Assembly (NCBI GenBank): GCA_947593585.1
Contig: CANQDP010000006.1
Location: 1,675 to 65,674, forward strand
Length of the DNA stretch: 64,000 nucleotides
DNA from: an uncultured Clostridia bacterium
GTDB lineage: Bacteria; Bacillota; Clostridia; Christensenellales; UBA1242
Reading direction: 5' to 3'
This document shows, in pieces, positions 58,381 to 64,000 of the stretch. The position numbers were made by a program, and so were the translations under genes. Position 1 is the first letter of the stretch. Every line of letters begins with the position of its first letter. The notes beneath the pieces are model-generated. The model was not told the origin of the DNA. It saw only the letters and a program-made list of their open reading frames with translations, and did no database searches.

Positions 58381-58677
58381 CTATTTTTTTATTAAGCCTT
58401 CGTAAGTAGATTTGATGATATTGCAAAGCTTTTCGCTATCGTCAACATCTTCTACCATATACATTTGTTTTGCCCCTTCGTATGGGGTTTCTAATGGCAT
58501 ATTAAAGCCTATGTTGTTTGCGTTTGGTTTAACAAGAAGTCTATCATCGTAAAGTCCACCTACCAAAGTCCCTTTGTAGTAAAGCAAATATTCGCCCATC
58601 ATGGGCTTGCAGGTGATTGGTGATAAATCTGCTAATTGTTCAAGAATAAAGTCTTTAAACTCTTTTGAAGTTGCCAC
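58381..58677 (-). CDS. TfoX N-terminal domain protein
   Basis: GTG at 58677 has AAGGAG 5 nt upstream. (M)ATSKEFKDFILEQLADL...MMGEYLLYYKGTLVGGLYDDRLLVKP matches the TfoX_N family pattern as I recall it. The longer ORF to 58806 overlaps the permease gene. Confidence 0.65.
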   Translation of the reverse strand: MATSKEFKDFILEQLADLSPITCKPMMGEYLLYYKGTLVGGLYDDRLLVKPNANNIGFNMPLETPYEGAKQMYMVEDVDDSEKLCNIIKSTYEGLIKK

Positions 58678-58691
58678 TTTTTCTCCTTTAA

Positions 58692-59630
58692 TTAAGATTT
58701 TTTGTGTTCTTTTTGGTGTAGTTTGCGCTTTTTTAAATGTGAAATTAAAATGTAAAGACCTAAAAGCAATAAACTCGTGCCTACAACAACTGTGAAAAGT
58801 GCCCAAGTAGGCATTGTGGTATCAAACAAAACAAATTTACCGTCAAAAGAAAGGCGAATTTGCTCGGCGATTTCGGCAGGCACATGTTCTGCTGTTTGCA
58901 GGTGATTGATAACTCCGTTCATATAATACTGTCTAAACAAAACCGTTCCAAAAGTGCTTGGAAGAAAACTTAAAAATGTTTTTATCCCCACGCCGAATTG
59001 AGAAATTGGCATATACGCACCACTTATAAATCCATACATGGAAGAAACAAGTGATGAAACGGCGGAGTGCGCGCCTTGTGAAGAAACAAGCATTCCAACA
59101 ATAGATGCCAGCAAACTGCCAAATAAACACATACAAATTGTCGAAACAAAAAGCATAAAGACATCAAAAAATGTTAGGAAAAAGCCAACGCAGGCAAGAT
59201 ATATAAAACTTATAATAAGCACAATTACACATATTAAAAAGGTCGTTAAAAAGTTAGAGATAAAATATGAAATGAGAAGTGTTGATTTTTTTACAGGCGT
59301 AATATTCAAATCGTTTATAGATTTATTTATTTTGTCTAACACCATAATATTTGAACAAAAGGCGACTGTCACGCACGAAACAGCAACTATTGATGAAAAT
59401 AGCCAACCGCCGCAAAAGGCTTCAATAGTTTGTTTGCTAATTTCAACACCTTCTGGCAAAAAATTTGTTATAATGCTTGCATACACTCCTTTCAAAAAAG
59501 TTAAAAACAGCACAACCAAAATTATTGGAGTGAGCAGCGAAATAAAAAATGTCATTTTATCTTTAAAATAAAGCTTAATGTTTCTGCCAACAAGAGCAGA
59601 GAGTTTTTTAAATTCACTTAACATACGCAA
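58692..59630 (-). CDS. ABC-2-type transporter permease
   Basis: 312 aa with 6 TM helices. It overlaps the upstream ATPase gene by 17 nt. Confidence 0.75.
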   Translation of the reverse strand: MRMLSEFKKLSALVGRNIKLYFKDKMTFFISLLTPIILVVLFLTFLKGVYASIITNFLPEGVEISKQTIEAFCGGWLFSSIVAVSCVTVAFCSNIMVLDKINKSINDLNITPVKKSTLLISYFISNFLTTFLICVIVLIISFIYLACVGFFLTFFDVFMLFVSTICMCLFGSLLASIVGMLVSSQGAHSAVSSLVSSMYGFISGAYMPISQFGVGIKTFLSFLPSTFGTVLFRQYYMNGVINHLQTAEHVPAEIAEQIRLSFDGKFVLFDTTMPTWALFTVVVGTSLLLLGLYILISHLKKRKLHQKEHKKS

Positions 59631-60546
59631 CCTCTTTCAAATCTTTGCCGGTTATGTTCAAAAAGACATTATCCATTTTGCCTTTAAGCACTTCAAAATC
59701 GAAAATCAATTTTTGGTATTTGACAATGAAATTTTTTGCTTGTTCAATGTCGGCAACTTCGATTTCAATCGTTTTTTCATTTTGTGTAAATTTTACTTTG
59801 TCCTTTGCAAGAATTTTAGGCAAAGAGTTGTCATATTTATAAATTCTTAAAAAGTCATTTGCATATTTGTTTTTCAAATTGTTTGGGGTGTCGTTTGCGA
59901 CAATCTTTCCGCTATCAATAATCACAATCGTGTCCGCTTCATTTGCTTCTTCCATATAGTGAGTGGTCAAAATAATCGTAAGTTCTTTTGTCTTTCTTAA
60001 AGATGACAAAAGTTCCCATACCAAAATTCTTGTCTTTGGATCAAGCCCCGTAGTTGGCTCATCAAGAATTAAAATTTGTGGGTTGTGAATAAGGGCGCGT
60101 GCAAGGTCAATTCTTCTTTTTTGTCCGCCACTTAATTTGTAAAGTGGGCGATTAAGTATATCTTTAAATTCTAACTTGTCGGACAAAAATTCCAAGTTAT
60201 CTTTAAATTTTTCATTGTTTATATCATATAGTTTGGCTTTTATTTTTAAGTTTTCCAAAACTGTCAATTTGTTGTCAAGCACTGAATTTTGAAAAACAAC
60301 GCCAAGTGTTGGCTTAATTTTTTCAATGTCTTTGTCTAAATCATAGCCACACGCATAAATCTTGCCACTGTCTTTGTCAAGTTGTCCGCAAAGAATGTTT
60401 ATTGTTGTGGATTTTCCTGCGCCATTAAGTCCTAAAAACGCAAAAAGTTCTCCCTTTTTAACTGAAAAAGAGATGTCATCAACGGCTTTAACTTCTTTAA
60501 AATATTTTTTTAAGTGCTGGATTTCAATTATATTATTTGTTGTCAT
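59614..60546 (-). CDS. ABC transporter ATP-binding protein (DrrA/ABC-2 exporter type)
   Basis: Walker A GLNGAGKST, signature LSGGQKRR and Walker B ILILDEPTTGLD. Confidence 0.9.
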   Translation of the reverse strand: MTTNNIIEIQHLKKYFKEVKAVDDISFSVKKGELFAFLGLNGAGKSTTINILCGQLDKDSGKIYACGYDLDKDIEKIKPTLGVVFQNSVLDNKLTVLENLKIKAKLYDINNEKFKDNLEFLSDKLEFKDILNRPLYKLSGGQKRRIDLARALIHNPQILILDEPTTGLDPKTRILVWELLSSLRKTKELTIILTTHYMEEANEADTIVIIDSGKIVANDTPNNLKNKYANDFLRIYKYDNSLPKILAKDKVKFTQNEKTIEIEVADIEQAKNFIVKYQKLIFDFEVLKGKMDNVFLNITGKDLKEVAYVK

Positions 60547-60766
60547 TTCCGCCTTCTTTCAACTTAAAAATTTCTTCTGCAAATTTCAAATAGTCATCAT
60601 ACTTTGCAATAGCAATACCTTTGCTTAAATCTCCAAGCAAAATAAGGGTGTCGCCTTCTTTAAAGCCAAAAACATCTCTCGCTTGTTTTGGCAACACAAT
60701 TTGTCCTTTGCTTGTGATTTTTGTTGTCCAAATAAATTTGTCTTGTTGTTCGTTTTTCATAATCAC
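60533..60766 (-). CDS. AbrB/MazE/SpoVT-family DNA-binding protein
   Basis: KITSKGQIVLPKQARDVFGFKEGDTLILL is a SpoVT-AbrB swapped-hairpin motif. It overlaps the ABC ATPase gene by 14 nt. Confidence 0.8.
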   Translation of the reverse strand: MIMKNEQQDKFIWTTKITSKGQIVLPKQARDVFGFKEGDTLILLGDLSKGIAIAKYDDYLKFAEEIFKLKEGGNDNK

Positions 60767-60910
60767 TCCTTTACTATATTTCTTACTTTTCTTACTTATT
60801 ATACAAAATAAAAATTATTATGTCAAGGATTTTTCATTAGATAAAGAAAATTTTTCTGAATGTTGTCACAAATGCAAGATTTTTAATTGTTTTTGTGTTA
60901 AAATGGATTT

Positions 60911-61633
60911 GTGGTTTGGATAAAATACAGAGATAGAATACATGGGCAAATCGTTGATGTTGAGGTCAGCGAAGCAGTTGCACGCTATCTTTGGGCGGCC
61001 GACAGAAAATGGCGAAGGCTTATGCTGAAAGCCAGATTTTATGAACGCAGTTTTAATAACAGCATTTTTGAAGATGATGACGAAATAACTTTTGAAGAAA
61101 CAATCGCAGATCCAAATGTAGATGTTGAAAAAGAGGTCGAAGATAAAATTTTCGCCGAAGTTATTTGGGCAGTGGCGAAAAACCTAACTCCACTTCAACA
61201 AGAAATTATGAGAGAACGATACATATTCGATATGCGAATGAGTGATATTGCCAAAAAGCACAACATGACAAGAAGTGCGCTAACGCAATTTATGGCCACA
61301 GCACACAAACACTTTACTTTCTATCTTACGCATGACAAAGAATTTGTTAAAACATATTGGTTTGAAACTCATTATAAAGAGATTTCACAGGACATTATTG
61401 ACACTGCAAAAGACGAATTATCCAATAATAAATTCAAATTGAATATGGAAACTTTGGACAATATAGAAAAGTTTGCAAAAGAAATGACACAATATATAAA
61501 GATTGGCGACAAACTAAACGCTGGGCTTACTCCAAAGCAAAAAAAATTGTGGCAAAAAATGTCAAAAGTGGTTTGTGGAACGATAAAAGAGTTAAAAAAC
61601 AACCTAAAAAATAAAAATTTGGAACAGAAATAA
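60911..61633 (+). CDS. Sigma-70 region-4-like regulator of the mobile element
   Basis: LTPLQQEIMRERYIFDMRMSDIAKKHNMTRSALTQ resembles the region 4 HTH of Tn916 Orf7-type proteins. The N-terminal YRDRIHGQIVDVEVSEAVARYL is also typical of element-borne homologues. Only a GTG start (60911) without a clear RBS is available. Confidence 0.55.
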   Translation: MVWIKYRDRIHGQIVDVEVSEAVARYLWAADRKWRRLMLKARFYERSFNNSIFEDDDEITFEETIADPNVDVEKEVEDKIFAEVIWAVAKNLTPLQQEIMRERYIFDMRMSDIAKKHNMTRSALTQFMATAHKHFTFYLTHDKEFVKTYWFETHYKEISQDIIDTAKDELSNNKFKLNMETLDNIEKFAKEMTQYIKIGDKLNAGLTPKQKKLWQKMSKVVCGTIKELKNNLKNKNLEQK

Positions 61634-61695
61634 TTTACTGCCTAAATTTTTTCATAAAATTTGTCCTTAAAATATTATAGGGAACAAAACAGAAC

Positions 61696-61729
61696 AAGAA
61701 CGATTTTTCCTGCGGTCGTTCTTTTTTTG
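61696..61729 (+). terminator. Hairpin plus T-run after the sigma-like gene
   Basis: aagaacga - 12 nt - tcgttctt followed by ttttttg. Confidence 0.5.
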
Positions 61730-61786
61730 TTGTGCCTATTTTTTATAGAAAATTTATAGACAAAAAATTCAACAAAAGGAGGGCTT

Positions 61787-62032
61787 ATGAAATCGACCAA
61801 ATTGAAAAGTGAAATTATGTTGCGCATAAGAGATAAGCGGCTTTTGGACAAACTGCAAGAAATGTATGACGACACAAAGTATGAAAGTGTAAACGAATTT
61901 TTGAATGCAGTTTTGAAAACGGCGGCTTTCAAAGACACAAAAGAAGATGAGATTATTTTGTTGTTAGAGAATGTAGATGACAAGACAAATGCGATTTTTG
62001 AGGGCTTGCAGCATGGAAACTTTAAAAGATAA
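61787..62032 (+). CDS. Small putative ribbon-helix-helix / relaxosome accessory protein
   Basis: AGGAGG RBS. KSEIMLRIRDKRLLDKLQEMY...SVNEFLNAVL fits an RHH (beta-strand, helix, helix) pattern. It lies immediately upstream of the relaxase and overlaps it. Confidence 0.4.
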   Translation: MKSTKLKSEIMLRIRDKRLLDKLQEMYDDTKYESVNEFLNAVLKTAAFKDTKEDEIILLLENVDDKTNAIFEGLQHGNFKR

Positions 62033-63203
62033 CATTGTTTTGTTATGCAAATTCTATCAACCCAAAGAAAAGTATGTTGGCAAGAAAAGAGATTTGTCCA
62101 AACAACGAGATTTCGTGAGTTGCAATTCATCTTACAACTATGTCAGTTATGTTGACACCGGTGCGACCAACAAAGTGCCAAAGGACTATGAAATGTATGT
62201 TGGAAATAAAGAAAAATCTTGCGGTGCGTTTAGCAAAAATGGCCTTTTGACTGACAAAGAAAAAAGAGAGTTGCGAGAAATGTTGCGAACAACGCAAAGC
62301 AATATTTGGGATATGGTAATTTCGTTTAGAACAGAGTTTGGCGAACAATATTGCAGAGATTATGACCAAGCGTATGAGTTTTGCAAAAGCGAATTGCCAA
62401 AGTTTTTTAAGCGTGCAGGACTTGATCCAGATAATGTTGTGTGGTATGCAGGTTTGCACGAGAACACAGAGAACAAACACATTCACATTTCGTTTTTCGA
62501 GAAAGAGCCAACACACTATGCAAACGGTGGAAAGTTGACTTATCATAGTGGAACGATAAACAAAAAAGTTTTGCTTGAAAGCAAGTTTATCTTTGAAAAG
62601 AAATTGACAAATGCGAGTGCCGAAATTGTGAAAGCGAGAAAAGATTTATATGAGAAATATAACCTAAATTTCTCAAATTTCGATTTGTGCAAGAAAGGCA
62701 AAAAGTTGTTGTTGGAACTTTACAAAGAGTTGCCAAAATCTGGAAGGCTTGGCTATGATAGCGAAAATATGCTGCCACTTAAAAAGAAAATTGACGACAC
62801 GACAGAATGGTTTTTAGTCCACAACGAGCAGACTTGGAAATCGTATTTGAACTACAATGAAAAACTCGCGGAAATGCAAACTTGGAAAAAACAAAGATAT
62901 GCAGATGACGGAATTCACTACAAAGAAGATATGTTTAGAAGGCTTGGAAATAAGACAATCCAAACTGCTTTGGAACTTGGAAAACAACATGATGAAATTG
63001 AGAAAATGAAAACCTATGGAAGAAAGCAAAAAGCATACAAAAAGCAACTGCGAAAGTTTGAATGGGATAGACTTTTGAATATGCTTGAATATTATTCTTT
63101 TGTCGAACAAGAAGAAATGGAAGCCTTTACGCGTTGGCATGAAAAGATTGAGCATTATGCCAAACAACAAGCCTATTTGAATGGTTATGACGAAGAAATG
63201 TAG
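62013..63203 (+). CDS. Putative relaxase / mobilization protein (MobL-like)
   Basis: His-rich motif GLHENTENKHIHISFFE (62457-62495) resembles the relaxase 3-His metal site. N-terminal YNYVSYVDTGA resembles Firmicutes MOB_L relaxases as I recall them. It sits before xis-int. I prefer ATG 62013 to 61977. Confidence 0.55.
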   Translation: METLKDNIVLLCKFYQPKEKYVGKKRDLSKQRDFVSCNSSYNYVSYVDTGATNKVPKDYEMYVGNKEKSCGAFSKNGLLTDKEKRELREMLRTTQSNIWDMVISFRTEFGEQYCRDYDQAYEFCKSELPKFFKRAGLDPDNVVWYAGLHENTENKHIHISFFEKEPTHYANGGKLTYHSGTINKKVLLESKFIFEKKLTNASAEIVKARKDLYEKYNLNFSNFDLCKKGKKLLLELYKELPKSGRLGYDSENMLPLKKKIDDTTEWFLVHNEQTWKSYLNYNEKLAEMQTWKKQRYADDGIHYKEDMFRRLGNKTIQTALELGKQHDEIEKMKTYGRKQKAYKKQLRKFEWDRLLNMLEYYSFVEQEEMEAFTRWHEKIEHYAKQQAYLNGYDEEM

Positions 63204-63527
63204 TGCGTCAGAAAACTTTTTACAGGGCTCCCGAAAATGCTTGCCATTTTTGGGAAGAGGAAAAGCAAGTCATCAGGGCGAAAAATCCAACTTTGTTGGG
63301 TTTTGAGTGCGTCAGACTTTGCTTTGACGACAAACAGGATAAGCGGAAGAAACATTGTGCAGTGGAAAATTGCCACAAAAAGCCCTAAAAATAGGACTTT
63401 TTTTGATGTTGCAACCCACTGCGTCAATATTTTCTTCCTTACTTTTCGACAAGTGGGCAAACCCACTTTCGATTTAGTTGATTTATAGCAGGAACACAAA
63501 CAAAAATTTATAACTTACGGAGGCTAT

Positions 63528-63785
63528 ATGACAAATAATTCAATAAATATAAACAATTTAATACAAAGCGAAGTTGACAGAATTTCGCAAAAATATAACA
63601 AAGATTTTTTAGACTGCGAGGACCTTATTAAAATCACAGGACTCGGCAGAGATAATGTGAGAAGTTTGCTACGCAGTAAAGATTTTCCAACAACAAAAGT
63701 TGGCAAAAGACAAGTTGTTAGCGTGCTAAATTTCGTCACTTGGCTGACAACAAAAAATAACAATGGCGAGGTGCAAAATGGCTAA
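63528..63785 (+). CDS. xis: Excisionase-family (MerR-like HTH) DNA-binding protein
   Basis: ACGGAGG RBS. DLIKITGLGRDNVRSLLRSKDFPTTKVGKRQVV is an HTH. It overlaps the integrase start by 8 nt. Confidence 0.7.
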   Translation: MTNNSININNLIQSEVDRISQKYNKDFLDCEDLIKITGLGRDNVRSLLRSKDFPTTKVGKRQVVSVLNFVTWLTTKNNNGEVQNG

Positions 63786-64000
63786 AAACAAGGTTGTGAA
63801 TAAAACGCGTAGAGCCAATGGCGAAGGTTCAATATGTCAAAGAAAAGACGGTCGTTGGATCGGTGTTGTGAGTGTTGGTTATGATGAAAATGGCAAAGCA
63901 ATTAGGAAAACTGTTTACGGAAAAAGCCAGACCGAAGTTGCTAAAAAAATTGCTGACATGACCGGCAGATTGAATAATAACACCTATGAGATTATGGAAA
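63778..64000 (+). CDS. int: Tyrosine-type site-specific integrase, N-terminal part (runs off the right edge)
   Basis: My own translation, as this ORF is not in the track: MAKNKVVNKTRRANGEGSICQRKDGRWIGVVSVGYDENGKAIRKTVYGKSQTEVAKKIADM... This is the characteristic arm-binding N-terminal domain of phage/ICE tyrosine integrases. Confidence 0.8.
   Translation, partial: MAKNKVVNKTRRANGEGSICQRKDGRWIGVVSVGYDENGKAIRKTVYGKSQTEVAKKIADMTGRLNNNTYEIME

Larger units (their letters stand above)
56588..64000 (+). mobile_element. Putative integrative mobilizable element inserted at tRNA-Thr (right end beyond the window)
   Basis: The tRNA 3'-half sits at the left junction. A co-oriented sigma-r4-like, RHH, relaxase, Xis, tyrosine integrase module sits at the right. 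There are no T4SS or coupling-protein genes. Cargo genes are unrelated to the flanking housekeeping context. Confidence 0.6.

Noticed and set aside
59038-59571. 177-aa plus-strand ORF antisense to the ABC-2 permease
   Set aside because: It lies entirely inside a well-supported minus-strand gene. It has low-complexity, K/I-rich translation and no RBS. This is a typical shadow ORF in AT-rich DNA.
61675-63170. Minus-strand ORFs 61675-62130, 62127-62546, 62587-62778 and 62814-63170
   Set aside because: All are antisense to the RHH and relaxase genes. Their Phe/Leu/Ile/Ser/Cys-rich translations are typical of the reverse frame of Lys/Glu-rich genes, and they have no RBSs.
63185-63499. Small ORFs in the relaxase-xis spacer (63185-63499 minus, 63203-63388 plus, 63237-63488 plus)
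   Set aside because: They overlap each other on both strands and lack Shine-Dalgarno sequences. Their composition is unlike neighbouring genes. I treated the interval as non-coding (see the finding on the repeats).

Overview
Visibly AT-rich chromosomal segment from a low-GC Firmicutes (Clostridia-like) bacterium. It uses the standard genetic code (TGA ends scpA). No searches were run; every call rests on motifs read from the translations, gene order and sequence structure. From 1 to about 55.9 kb almost all genes are on the minus strand in conserved housekeeping blocks. Block 1 is scpB-scpA, an M50 protease, recJ, secDF, yajC, tgt, queA, ruvB, ruvA, ruvC, yebC and a TrmH-family gene, interrupted by several inserted genes. 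Block 2 is infC-rpmI-rplT. Block 3 is an aldehyde/alcohol dehydrogenase pair, an HD hydrolase and T-box-controlled thrS. Block 4 is a plus-strand NitT/TauT-type ABC importer. Block 5 is a complete but non-canonical dcw cluster: rsmH, an ftsL-like gene, a PBP, murE, mraY, murD, ftsW, murA, ftsQ, ftsA and ftsZ. Less ordinary chromosomal content includes a Cys-rich 66-aa ORF and three tandem monocistronic paralogues of a doubly membrane-anchored protein, two of which share a near-identical terminator module. It also includes a Thr/Pro/Asn-rich Cys-framed orphan, a 1150-aa papain-like (C1) peptidase with alternating repeat domains and a C-terminal membrane anchor, and a GNAT gene broken at a T5 run. 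The right end (about 56.59 kb to the window edge) looks like a small integrative mobilizable element. A 3' half of tRNA-Thr(GGU) marks its left junction. A sigma-r4-like regulator, an RHH protein, a relaxase, Xis and a tyrosine integrase (truncated by the window) form its right-hand module. Its cargo is the most interesting candidate for something undescribed: a compact stand-alone adenosine-deaminase-fold enzyme with all catalytic motifs, paired with a small acidic protein. The cargo also holds an AbrB-regulated ABC-2 exporter operon ending in a TfoX_N gene and a truncated XRE stub. I found no rRNA, intact tRNA or CRISPR array.
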